From positions 62,001-112,342 of the forward strand of contig JAXLNO010000028.1 of the NCBI GenBank assembly GCA_038087875.1: a stretch of 50,342 nt of DNA, in the 5' to 3' direction. This document shows, piece after piece, positions 12,078 to 25,100 of this stretch. Source of the DNA: Malacoraja senta. Its lineage: Eukaryota. The notes below the pieces were generated by a model. The model made no database searches. It was not told the DNA's origin and was given only the letters and a program-made list of their open reading frames with translations. The translations under genes and the position numbers were made by a program. Each line of letters starts with the position of its first letter. Positions within the stretch are counted from its first letter, which is position 1.

Positions 12078-12380
12078 TATATGTTATTAAAACTCATCTT
12101 CTTGTTTCTATATTTCTCTATTGGTACGTACTTATATTTGCGCAAAAGCGGTACACGATAGCGCCATAATTTATGCATCACCTTATTCACCATTGTCATG
12201 TGATGTCAATTAAACACATTTCATTCAGATTGATGGTATATTTTAAGTTATTTACATTTTAAACTTTACAAAAACCAGCAGTGTTCCATCCAACAATATC
12301 ACAATGGCATCTCATTTACATAAACTGCCCGTCAGCTGTGTTCCACCCCACAATGACCTCACAATGCGATCTAATTTTGA
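12078..12380 (+). mobile_element. Non-autonomous Helitron 5' portion
   Basis: Begins tatatgttattaaaactcatctt directly after the preceding CTAG; matches 645-1000. Confidence 0.72.
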
Positions 12381-13074
12381 AACTAAATAGCAAGGGGGAG
12401 GGATTGACAAATTGGGAGTATAAAGATGGTTAAAGGGGAAGTGAGTACAGGAAAAGTTACAAAAAACTCCCGAATTAATAGGAAGGAAAGTTCGAAAAGG
12501 GATAAGGTCAGGGCTAATTGTGAGCGATGTGAGAGGGGAGGTGAATATCGAAGTCCAAGTGTTGTATATGAATGCGCGAAGTATAAGAAATAAAGTGGAC
12601 GAGCTTGAGGCTCAGTTAGAATTTAGCAAGTATGATGTTGTAGGAATTACAGAGACATGGCTGCAAGAGGGCCAGAGCTGGGAACTGAATATTCAAGGAT
12701 ATATCTCCTATCAAAAAGACAGACAGGTGGGCAGAGGGGGTGGGGTAGTTCTGTTTGTGAGGAATGAAATTGATTCCCTTGCAAGGGGTGACATTGAAAC
12801 GGGAGATGTGGAATCAGTATAGATAGAACTAAGGAATTGTAAGGGTAAAAAGACCCTAGAGGGACTTATCTACACGCCCCCGAAACAGTAGCCTGGATAT
12901 AGGGTGCAAGTTGAATCAAGTTAAAATTGGCATGTTGTAAAGATAATGCTACGGTTGTTATGGGAGATTTCAACATGCAGGTAGGCTGGGAAAATCAGGC
13001 TGGTACTGGACCCCAAGAAAGGGAGTTTGTGGAGTGCCTCCGTGATGGATTCTTAGAGCAGCTTGTATTGGAGC

Positions 13075-16000
13075 CGTAGATTGATGATGCATGTGAACCA
13101 AACACACATAGCCAGCATCACTAACTCCACCCCACTATAACACTTACACTAACGCTTATTCCCAGCACCGTCAGTCTGAGCAGCTAGGATGTACTGACAA
13201 CATATTGTCCTCTAACGCTGCCAAGTTACAATGCTGATTAAAGATGTGTTTAAATCATACACTGTCTCAGGTGCCTGTTTACATGGTGTCAGAAGTGGGA
13301 TGGTGTGGGCGCTTAATGGTAGTGTTCAGGTCTTTGGGATTGATGCACAGGCGGATTTCATTTTTTCCCTTCTTGATTGTAGCAATCATGGTTGAGACCC
13401 ATTCGGTGGGGTCGCTGACTGCTTCAATTACGCCTTTGGAGGCCATGTCCTTCAGCATAGAGTGAACCCTGTCAGTCATGGCAAATGACAATCGGTGCGT
13501 GGGTCGGATGACAGGTGCCACATCGGGGTCAGAAATAATCTTGTAGGTCACAGGCAACTTGCCTAGGTTGTTGTCGAAGAGATCAGGGAATTCACTCAGC
13601 GGGTCCAAAGAAATTTGCAGTTTGTGGACGGTTTTGTCAAAGGAAATTAGCCCCAGTTCCTGACAGGCACGATTGCCAAGCAGAGTAACTCAATTAAAGT
13701 TCAACACATAGGTCAATTCCTTTGTTGTTTTCTTTAGTACACATTTCAAGTTGGTTTTGCCCAAGGGAACCAGCACCTCCCCTCCAAAAGCATGTAAAGT
13801 GGATTTGTCCTTGATGAGTGGCTCGTTAGCTCTAATCTTGTTAAAGAGGTTAAAGAGGTTGATTGACATAGTGTTGACCTTCGCCCCCGTGGTTCCAGCA
13901 ACACCAGGTTGCCTTTGATGTTCTAAAATCCAAACTGACCAGTGCACCGACCCTGACTTTTTTAGACCTGAAACGTCCGGTGATGATCACCTGCGATGCC
14001 TCGAAATTCGGGCTCGGCGCAGCCTGCTTGCAACCATCTGACGATGGCACCCTACTACCTGTCGCGTATGCCTCTCGCACAATGACCGACACGGAGCAGC
14101 ACTACGCGCAAATCGAAAAGGAACTGCTGGCTGTCGTCTTTGCCCGCTCCAAATTCCACGACTTCGTCTATGGCAACACGTTCACGGTCGAGACGGACCA
14201 CCAACCACTGGTGACAATCCTGAACAAGCCCATCCATGCCGCGCCAGCTCGTTTGCAGCGCATGATGATGCAGCAGCAGCGGTACGACTTCTCTATTACC
14301 TACACAAAGGGTAAGGACATGCATGTCGCTGACACACTCTCTCGTGCACCTCGAGCATCTTGCGAACAACACCCCCATGAACAGAATTTCACGGTTCTCG
14401 GTGTCGATCTCGTCTCCAGTAAGCAACTGCGCATCCTGGCCGCGCATACTGCCACTGATGATACGCTTCAAACCCTCTCATCCATCATCAAAACAGGCTG
14501 GCCAGACAAACAATCCGACACGCCCACAGAGGTGCAGCCGTTCTTCTTGGTCCGTGATGAAGTGGTAGTTCAGGGTGGTGATGTTAAGGGTCACAAGGTA
14601 GTGATACCCTCATCGCTACGAGACAAATACTTCAGAGGTACACAGCGGTCACCCAGGAGCCGACTCCACACTGGTACGCGCTCGTGGTCTGTTCTACTGG
14701 CCGGGAATGGCCACGTACATCCGGGACCGCATAGCCTCCTGCCCCACTTGCAACAATCTTGCGCCTCATCAGCAGCGGCAACCCCTTCTGCAACAACCTC
14801 CACCAGCACTGCCTTGGTCGTCGCTGGCTGCGGACATTTTCGAATGGTGCGGAAAACACTACCTCGTTCTGGTCGACTCTTTTTCTAACTGGTTTGAACT
14901 AGACCAACTGACCTCCCTCACATCTGAGATGGTCATCAAGAAGCTGAAAAGACACTTCTCAGCCTATGGCGCTCCTGTCATCCTGAGAACCGACAATGGT
15001 CGGCAGTTCACCAGCCACATGTTCAAGCTTTTCGCAGACCAATGGAACTTCCAGCACGTCACGAGCAGTCCCGAGTATCCACAGAGTAATGGACTCGCTG
15101 AACGCTCTGTCAGAAGCGCCAAGCACTTCCTGGAGGGAGCGCGCATTTCAAAGTCAGACGTCTATCTCGATCTCCTGAATCTCAGAAACATCGCCAGAGA
15201 CGGAACCTTGGGATCGCCGGTACAGTGTCTGCTGTCGAGTGACGAGGTCTCCGGTCCCCATCACACAACAGCAGCTGGTCCCTCGGGTGCTGAAGCCCGC
15301 CACTATCCAGAAACGTCTCCAAGAGAAGCACGACATCCAGAAACGGTCATACGACATTTCCAGCAGACCACTCAAGCCTCTACTGCCGGGCAAGGTTGAC
15401 CGTCTACGAACTTCAACTGGACATTCTCGTCTGGGCACTGTTGTACGCCCGACTGATGAGCCGCGATCGTACCTTGTGGACTGTGAGGGAGCGGTATACC
15501 GGAGAAGTTGACAACACCTGCTTGCTGTGAAGGAGCCCCGACCACCGCCTGCTGATCCCTATGCTCCGCCGCTCCAGTTCCAGCCGCCTTTCGTAATGTC
15601 TCCCACCCGTCCCCGCATGCCTTGCACCCCCCCCCCCCACGTCCCTCGGTCTCCACTAACCACGGGGTTTCACCTACCGCATGTTTCCCCTCTCGGTCAC
15701 CACAAGCCTCTCCCGTGCCATTTTCACCTCCAGCCTCTCCGTCTAATCCTTCAGGTGAGGGAGGAGATGGTTGCGTCCGCACGCGCTCGGGCCATGTTAG
15801 TAGACCACCAGACAGATATGGCGAGTATGTTTAACACACTTCCTTTCCTCATTTAATCTTTAGGGGGAAGGATGTAGATTGATGATGCATGTGAACCAAT
15901 CACACATAGCCAGCATCACTAACTCCACCCCACTATAACACTTACACTAACGTTTGTTCCCAGCACCGTCAGTCTGAGCAGCTAGGATGTACTGACAACA

Positions 16001-16083
16001 TATTGTCCTCTAACGCTGCCAAGTTACAGTGCTGATTAAAGATGTGTTTAAATCATATACACTGTCTCAGGTGCCTGTTTACA
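13075..16083 (+). mobile_element. Gypsy (Mag-like) LTR retrotransposon, internally deleted and partly inverted
   Basis: LTRs 13075-13283 and 15873-16083; TSD GGAGC; PBS 13284-13301; PPT agggggaagga; RNase H (CDAS, YAQIEKE, TDHQPL) and integrase (TDNG, PQSNGLAER). Confidence 0.96.
13284..13301 (+). promoter_or_regulatory. Primer-binding site for tRNA-Leu (TGGTGTCAGAAGTGGGAT)
   Basis: Directly follows the 5' LTR; complementary to the 3' end of vertebrate tRNA-Leu(CAA) as recalled; shorter versions at 22272 and 39741-39752. Confidence 0.85.
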
Positions 16084-16948
16084 GGAGCCTACCAGGGAGA
16101 AGGCAATTCTGGATTTAGTGTTGTGTAATGAACCGGATTTAATAAGGGAACTTGAGGTTAAGGAGCCATCAGGAGGTAGTGACCATAATATGCTAAGTTT
16201 TAATCTACAATTTGAGAGGGTGAAGGGTAAATCGGAAGTGTCAGTGTTACAGTTGAACAAAGGGGGCTATGTAACCATGAGGGAGGAGCTGGCCAAAGTT
16301 GACTGGAAAGATACCCTGGCAGGGATGACAGTGGAACAACAATGGCAGGTATTTCTGGGAACAATACAGAAGGTGCATGATCAGTTCATTCCAAAGAGGA
16401 AGAAAGATTTTAAGGGGAGTAAGGGGCGACCGTGGCTGACAAGGGAAGTCAAGGACAGTATAAAAATAAAAGAGAAGTACAACTTGGCAAAGACGAGCGG
16501 GAAGCAAGAGGATTGGGTAATGTTTAAAGGGCAACAGAAGATAACTAAAAAGGCAATACGGGGAGAAAAGATGAGGTACAAAGGTAAGCTAGCCAAGAAT
16601 ATAAAGGAGGATAGTAAAAGCTTATTTTGGTATGTGAAGTGGAAAAAAATAGTTAAGACCAAAGTTGTACCCTTGAAGACTGAAAAAGGTGAATTTATTA
16701 TGGGGAACAAGGAAATGGCAGATGAGTTGAACAGGTACTTTGGATCTGTCTTCACTAAGGAGGACACAAACAATCTTCCTGATGTACTAGTGGCCAGAGG
16801 ATCTGGGGTGACGGAGGAACTGAAGGAAATCCACATTAGGCAGGAAATGGTGTTGGGTAGACTGATGGGACTGAAGACTGATAAATCCCTAGGGCCTGAT
16901 GGTCTGCATCCCAGGGTACTTAAGGAAGTGGCTCTAGAAATCGTGGAC

Positions 16949-18106
16949 TTAGAGATTATGTTAAATCACATACACAAGAATATAGAATTAGAGAGCCAGA
17001 GACTCTTGATGAATGTTTGAATAAACATCCTAATACAGATAAATTAATATCTCACATTTATAATACTCTTTTAGATAGTGAGGTCCCGTCGACGGAATTA
17101 TATAGACATATAACATGGACATGGACATAGACATTATACATGGGAAAATGAATTAGACCAATGAAAGATATTTGGGACGAAAGTCTACAACATATACATC
17201 AATGCTCGTTAAATGCCAGACATTCTTTAATACAATTTAAAGTACTACGTAGACTGCATTACTCTAAAAACAAAATTAAATAGAATTTTCCCACATATCT
17301 CTCCTATCTGTGATAAATGTCAATACTCAGAGGCTAATTTAATTCATACTTTTTAAAATTGTATAAAAATCAAAAATTTCTGGATGGATATTTTTACAAT
17401 AATTTCTGAAATTGTTAATACCCAATTGGATCCCGACTCAAAACTAATAATATTAGGAATATCAGAACAAAGCCTAAAATTTACAAGCCAAAGAAACTTC
17501 CTTGATTATAGTATAACTGGAAAAAAATTGATATTAAAATTTTGGAAAAATCCAACAACCCCCACAATTAAAATGTGGATTATGGAGATGTCGGAGACCT
17601 TACACTTGGAAAGAACTAGACTTGTCTTAATTGACAAACAATAATTATTTGCTAGAATATGTCTCCATTTATTGATTTTTTGAAAGGGTAAATTGGTCCA
17701 GCACGGAAGACTGACTGAAGCTTGAACCCAGGACTAGATGAATAGTTATGTTTTATAATCTACGGACCTATCTCCAAAGTTGTATTATTGGTAATTTATT
17801 CTATTCTTTTTTATCGTTTTTTTTTTTTCTCCTTTCTTCCTATCTAGGGGGAAGTATTTATTTTTAATTTTTAAAAAAATTTAAAAAAATGTTCGGCACG
17901 GACTTGAAGGGCCGTGCTGTTATGGTTATATGGTTATATGGTTATATGGTTATAAAAAAAACAAAAACAAATAGAAGCAGTTGATAAATGAGGACCCCAA
18001 CTATTTTGATAGCTGGAATCCCATCTACTAATAATATGTAATTGATAAACAAACTGTGTTTTGATTATATGTATATGCTTCTAATAAAAATATTATCTAA
18101 AAAAAA
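16949..18106 (+). mobile_element. L1-clade LINE, 5'-truncated 3' end
   Basis: 13-bp TSD AGAAATCGTGGAC (16936-16948 and 18107-18119); AATAAA plus poly(A); Cys-rich motif SPICDKCQYSEANLIH; KKLILKFWK..PT...W C-terminus. Confidence 0.9.
17844..17953 (+). mobile_element. CR1 family B 3' UTR-only insertion
   Basis: Matches the reverse complement of 44045-44163, including the AT-rich insert and the (atatggtt)n tail. Confidence 0.85.
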
Positions 18107-19113
18107 AGAAATCGTGGACACATTGGTGATCATTTTCCAATGTTCTATAGATTCCGGATCAGTTCCTGTGGATTGGAGGGTAGCTAATGTTATCCCACTT
18201 TTTAAGAAAGACGGGAGAGAGAAAACAGGGAATTATAGACCAGTTAGCCTGACATCGGTGGTGGGGAAGATGCTGGAGTCAATCATAAAAGATGAAATAG
18301 AAGCACATTTGGATAGCAGTAACAGGATCGGTCCGAGTCAGCATGGATTTACGAAGGGGAAATCATGCTTGACTAATCATCTGCAAATTTTTGAGGATTT
18401 AAAGAGGAAAATAACGGGTCTCTTTCAGAATGGCAGGCAATGACTAGTGGGGTACCGCAAGGCTCGATGCTGGGACCGCAGCTATTTACAATATACATCC
18501 ATGATTTAGATGAAGGGATTCAAAGTAGCATTAGCAAATTTACAGATGACGCAAAGCTGGGTGGCAGTGTGAATTGTGAGGAGGATGCTATGAGAATGCA
18601 GGGTGACTTGGACAGGTTGGGTGAGTGGGGACATGCATGCAGATGCAGTTTAATGTAGATAAATGTGAGGTTATCCACTTTGGTAGCAAAAACAGGAAGG
18701 CAGATTATTAACTAAATGGTGTCAAGTTGGGAAAAGGGGAAGTACAACGGGATCTGGGGGGTCCTTGTTCATCAGTCAATGAAAGTAAGCATGCAGGTAC
18801 AGCAGGCATTGATGGCATGGTGGCCTTCATAACAAGAGGAGTTGAGTATAGGAGCAAAGAAGTCCTTCTGCAGTTGTACAGGGCCCTAGTGAGACCACAC
18901 CTGGAGTACTGTGTGCAGTTTAGGTCCCCCAATTTGAGGAATTCTTGCTATTGAGGGAGTGCAGCGTAAGTTTAGAAGGTTAATTCCTGGGATGGCGGGA
19001 TTGTCATATGTTGAGAGAATGGAGCGGCTGGGCTTGTATACTCTGGAATTTAGAAGGATGAGAGGGAATCTTATTGAAACATACAAGATTATTAAGGGTT
19101 TGGACACGCTAGA

Positions 19114-22100
19114 CACATCCTCTTCACAGTTCACTGCCACCCAGCTTTGTGTCATGCGCAAACTTGCTAGTGTTGCTCCTAATTCCCTCTTCCAAATCAT
19201 TAAAATATATGGTAAACAGTTGCGGCCCCAACACCGAGCCTTGCGGCACTCCACTCGCCACTGCCTGCCATTCTGAAAAGGACCCGTTCACCCCTACTCT
19301 TTGCTTCCGGTCTGTCAACCAATTTTCTATCCATGTCAACACCCTACCCCCAATACCGTGTGCTCTAATTTTAGTCACCAGTCTCCCGTGCGGGACCTTA
19401 TCAAAGGCTTTCTGAAAGTCTGGATACACTACATCCACTGGCTCCCCTTCATCCATTTTACTTGCCTAATCCTCAAAATATTCCAGAAGATCAGTCAAGC
19501 ATGATTTTCCTTTCATAAATCCATGCTGACTTGGACTAATCCTTTTACTGCTATCCAAATGCCCCATTATTATCTCTTTAATAATTGACTGCAGCATCTT
19601 TCCCACAACCGAAGTCAGGCTAACTGGTCCGTAATTCCCCGTTTTCTCTCTCGCTCCTTTCTTGAAAAGTGGGATAACATTAGCTATCCTCCAATACACA
19701 GGAATTGATCCTGAATCTATTGAACATTGGAAAATTATCACCAATGCGTCCACTATTTCTAGCCACTTCCCTGAGGACCCTGGGATGCAGTCCATCAGGC
19801 CCAGGGGATTTATCATCCTTCAGTCCTATTAGCCTACCCAATACTATTTCTCATCTAATGAAAATTTCTTTCAGTTCCTTGACCTCCTTAGATCCTCTGT
19901 CCTCCAGTACTTCTGTGAGATTGTTTGTGTCACCTTAGTGAAGACAGATCCGAAGTACCTGTTCAACTCTTCTGCCATTTCCTTGTTCCCCATAATAATT
20001 TCACCCATGTCAGCCTTCAAGAGACCCACATTTGACTTTGCTATTCTTTTTTCCCTTAATATATCTAAAGAAGCTTTTACTGTTCTTCTTTACATTCCTG
20101 GCCAGCTTCCCCTCGTACTTCATCTTTTCAGCATGTATTGCTCGTTTTGTTTCTTTCTGTTGTCCTATGAAAGTTTCCCATCCTCTGGCTTCCGGCTACT
20201 CTTTGCTGTGTTATACATCTTTTCTTTTAGTTTTATTCTATCCCTAACTTCTCTTATTAGCCACGGTTGCCTCCTACTCCCCTTAGAATCTTTCTTCCTT
20301 TTTGGAATGAAATGATTCTGCGTCTTCCGGATAATGCCCAGATATTCCTGCCATTGCTGTTCCACCGTCATTCCTGCTAGTATCCCTTTCCAGTCTACCT
20401 TGGCCAGCTCCTCTCTCATGCCTTCATAATCCCCTTTGTTCAACTGCATCACTGCCACTTCCGATTTAACTTTCTCCTTCTCAAATTGCACATTAAAACT
20501 AATCATATTAAGATCACAACCTCCAAGCGGTTTCTTTACCTCGAGTTCCCTTATCAAATTTGGTTCATTGGACAACACTAAATCCAGAATTGCCTTTTCT
20601 CTGGTCGGCTCCATTACAAGCTGCTCTAAGAATCCATCTCGGAGGCACTGTACAATCTCTCTTTCTTGGGGTCCTGAACTAACCTGATTTTCCCAGTCTT
20701 CCTGCATATTGAAATCCCCCATCACCACAGTGGCATTACCTTCGTTACATGCCAGTTTTAACTCCTGCTGCAAATTCGCGCATTCAAATACAGTACTTTT
20801 AATTCCTTACGCATCTTACCATTCGCATCGATCCCTATTACACATGGCATACTCTCCTATCCCTTTGTGAGCTTTCTTTCCCGTTAATTCTGGGGTCATT
20901 AACTATCCCTTTACTCCCTTTCCCTTTAACTCCATCCTTGATTATCCCATTTGACACCCCCCAGGGTGTTTTTTAGTTTAAAACCACCTGTGTCGCAGTG
21001 GCAAACCTGCCTGCCAGAATGCCGGTCCCCCACCTGTTAAGGTGCAATCCGTCCCTTTTGTACAGTTCCCCCTTACTCCAAAACAGATCCCAGTGGTCTG
21101 AGAATCTAAATCCCTGCCCCCTGCACCAGTTCCCCAGCCACATATTCAGGCCCTGTATCTCCCTGTTCCTGCTCTCACCAGCACGAGGAACTGGAAGCAA
21201 ACCGGAGATAACCACCCTGGAGGTCCTGCTTTTCAGCACTTTTCCAAGCTCTCTAAAGTCACGCTGCAGAATATTCATCCCCTTCTTTCCGACATCGTTT
21301 GTGCCCACATGCACTACCACTTGCGGCTGTTCACCTTCGCCCTTGAGGGATTTTTCTGCACTCTGTTCGTGACATCCTGGATCCTGACACCCGGGAGGCA
21401 GCACACCGTCCTCGAATCCCATCTGTTGCCGCAGAAACCCCTGTCCCTACCACTCACAATGGAGTCTCCAACCACCACTGCGTTGCCTGACGTCGGCCTC
21501 TTTGGTTTTGGCTCAACAGCACTTTTTGCTTCGCAAGCCAGTGCGCCGCTCAGTGCGTCAACGTCTTCTGTCCCGACAGCTTCTAAGTGGGTGAATCTGT
21601 TCACAAGAGGTACAACACCCGGGGACCTGTGCATTCCATGTTTACTTCCCCTTCTCACTGTCACCCACCTTCTCTCTTCCAGTACCTTAGGTGTAACAAT
21701 CTTGCTGTAGGGCTCGTCAAGGAACGACTCAGTCTCTCGGACAAACCTGAGGTCATCCACTTGCTTCTCCAGTTCCCCAACACGGTCCTTCAGGAGCTGT
21801 ACCTGGATGCACTTCTCACACTTGTAGCAGTCAGAGGCACCAGCGGTGTCCTTGACCTCCCCCATACTGCAAGCATCACACTGAATCAGCTTGCCTGACA
21901 TCTCCTTCTTTCGTCTCTCCCTCTCCAGCGTATTGCGTAGTCTCCTCCCCTCAGCCTCCTCGCCAAAGACTCACACTTTACTTACAAGGACGCTCCCTCA
22001 CTGCCGCTCCCCTAGAGCAGCCTTGCTTACATTGACTGATAAATTGCCTAATTTACCAATTTACAAACCAAATTCCTCAGTTTTAAACTGTTTGTTCCCT

Positions 22101-22190
22101 GTGATTTACTCAACTCCCACACGGGCTTGAGCCAATCACTGCTTCTTCCTGCTTCTCCTTGTTGCTGCTTCTTCAAAATCCACGTAAGCT
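19114..22190 (-). mobile_element. CR1 LINE related to family C, with 5' UTR, ORF1 and 3'-truncated ORF2
   Basis: ORF1 fragments 21314-21901 (CxxC..CxxC, coiled coil, GDS) and 20973-21422 (GTND, DGLH); APE and RT fragments down to 19124. Confidence 0.93.
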
Positions 22191-22193
22191 CTG

Positions 22194-25100
22194 TGTAGAT
22201 CTATGCAGATCTATGCTGTAAGTAGATTTAATAAACATGTGTAGTATTTTGATATGTGTTAGCTCATTACATGGTGTCAGAGAGTGAATCTTGCCCACCA
22301 CGTTCATGTTTATCGGGTTTAAAAAAAAAATTAGTTTATGTGTCTACTATATCCATCATGGCAAATTTGTGTCGCCGTCCTAGTCCTCTGATCTTTGACT
22401 GACATTGCTGAACGCTGGCATCTTTTCGAGCGCGACTACACTCATTATGCTCGCATCATTCATCGCAATGACCGTCCCGATGTGCGTGCTTCTGTATTGC
22501 TCAACTTAGCGGGACTTGAATCGTGCCGACAATTTCACATTTGAGCCTGCTGTTCTGGGTGCTAATGGTCAGGTCCTGGTGCCTGCTGAGATGATTGACG
22601 ACCCTGCCGTCTTACTTGCAAAGTTCAGACAGTTGTGTGACCTGCCCTCGAACTACATTATTGAACAGACCAAGTTTTATGCTTGTATGCAACAGGTTGG
22701 TGAACCGATTGAACATTTTATCAGTGACTTAAAACATATGGCTGCACGCTGCCAATTTAGAGATCTGTGCGATGAACTCATCCGTGACAAACTTGTCGGA
22801 GGAATGCTTGATAGCAAGTTACGAGGTGAACTTCTTCGTAATACTGACCTAACCCTTAATCAAGCAGAGCATGCCTGTCGGATTGCTGAGATAACATCTG
22901 AGTCTGTGCCCTCCGGTCATCGTTCGCAGCATTGTGTTAATCTTACAGACACATCCTCTCGTAACACCCATACAAGGTCTGTTCGATGTCAAAATTGCGA
23001 CTATTTTCATGCTACGGGTCGGCAGTTCTGCGTTGCTTATGGTAAAGCTTGAATTTCTGCAAGAATTTAAACCACTTTGCTCGATGCTGCCGTTCCCGTG
23101 TGACTCAAGCAGCTTCAAGGACAAGCCTGCGCCTGCTGCAACATGAGCTTGCTGATGACTTCCAAGAGCCTGACTTGCCATCCCCCCGCTCCACTCTCAG
23201 AAAGTACAGATACCAGTTCTGCCATCCACTCTCTCCTCCCTTCATCTAATGAGCAACTTGACCCTGAGGTAACAATGTTTGTGAATAACAGGCCTTTGAT
23301 CGCAAAGGTTGATACTGGCGGGAAATGCAACGTCATCCCGTTATCAGAGTTTTAAAAAATTCGTAAAGCTGAAAGTATTGAAAAGGCCTCGGCCACGCTT
23401 CGGGCTTACGGGGGAGATGTTCTACACCCTCTTGGACAAACTGATTTAAAGTGCACCATAGACGAGCAGACCCGTACCTTAAAGTTTTATATTGTTAAGG
23501 GGGATTCAGAGACTCAGCTCCGTATCAATACATGCCACGATATAGGCCTGGTATGTTTGGCCGCGCCATCCATCAACTCTTTCTCGCTGACGGACCTACT
23601 CAACAGGTACTCTCTCAATATAAAGATCTGTTTAACGACGAGCTTGGCAAGTTGCCTATCAAATACCACATTGTTGTCGATCCCAACGTCACTCCTGTGG
23701 TCCGAGCACCACATCGTGTTCTGCATGCCATACATTACACAGTACACAATGAACTCAAGCGGATGGTCTCCATGGGTGTTATTGCTGAAGTTACTGACCC
23801 ATCTGACTGGGTTTCCACCATGGTGGTCGCGACAGAGAAAAACAAGGAGATCCGTATCTGCATAAACCCCAGAGATCTTAACACTGCCATCAAACGTCCG
23901 CACTCCCCAATGCGAACATTAGAGGATGTTGCTGCTCAAATAGGCAGCGCATCAGTATTCTCCGTTCTGGATGCAAGAGCTCGTTTTGGCAGATTCCATT
24001 GGACCCAGACTCGTCCAATCTCACTACGTTCGGCATCCCCTTTGTCGATACAAATTTCTGAGAATGCCCTTTTGGCATCAACTCCGCCAGCGAAGTTTTC
24101 CAGCGCACGATGGAAAAATTGTTTGCTGAGTACCCATGCGCCATCATTATTGATGACATTCTCGTCTACGGAAGTGATTTGGCTGAACATGACGGCAATC
24201 TAAAGAAAGTACTAGACCGTGCCAAAGACATTCAGCTCAAACTCAATCACCTGAAGTGCAAATTTCGAGTTCCAGAAGTTACTTACGTCGGACATGTCTT
24301 CACAAGTGATGGTCTCATACCAGACCCATCAAAAACTGCCACTATCAACAAAATACCGTTTCCTGCTGACGTCGTGAGCCTACAAAGGTTCCTTGGAATG
24401 GTCAACTTCCTGGGGAAATTTATTCCCAACCTCAGCGACATATCTGCCCCCCTGCGAGAACTGACACTGAAGGACGCTGCATGGTCCTGGTATCCACAGC
24501 ACCAAAGAGCTTTTGACACTCAAATTGCAGCTGGCTAGCACACCTACTCTCGCCTACTTTGCTTTGGAGTTACCAGTAACGCTCACCTGCGATGCGTCCC
24601 AGTACGGACTTGGCGCTGCGTGCCTGCAGACCACCACCAACGGCGATTTCAAGCCCATTTCATACGCCTCTCGTACAATAACTGACACTGAACAACTTTA
24701 CGCCCAGATCGAAAAAGAATTGCTCGCAGTGGTTTTCGCCTGCACGAAATTCAAGGACTTTATTTTTGGGAAGTCTGTGACTATAGAAACTGACCACCAG
24801 CCGCTGGTCACTATTTTGAACAAACCCATCCACGCTGCCCTAGCACGACTACAACGAATGATGATGCAACTGCAGAGATTTGATTTTAACATTGTCTATA
24901 AGCAAGGCAAAGACATGTAGATAGCAGATACGCTATCAAGAGCCCCAAGCAAAACCAACGAACAATTCTCTGAACAGGACCAGTTCTCAGTAATGAAGGT
25001 ATCGTATGTTCCGACTGATTGCCTGAGCAGCCTAGCAGAACACACGGCTGCTGATGAGACTTTACAATTGCTGTCTGCAGTCATCCAGCGTGGTTGGCCG

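Larger units (their letters stand above)
12380..19113 (+). mobile_element. CR1 LINE family C ORF2, in three pieces (12380-13074, 16084-16948, 18107-19113)
   Basis: APE motifs (MNARS, TETW, GDFN, SDH) and RT motifs run on across two insertions with TSDs; internal deletion near 18400; 3' end lost. Confidence 0.93.
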
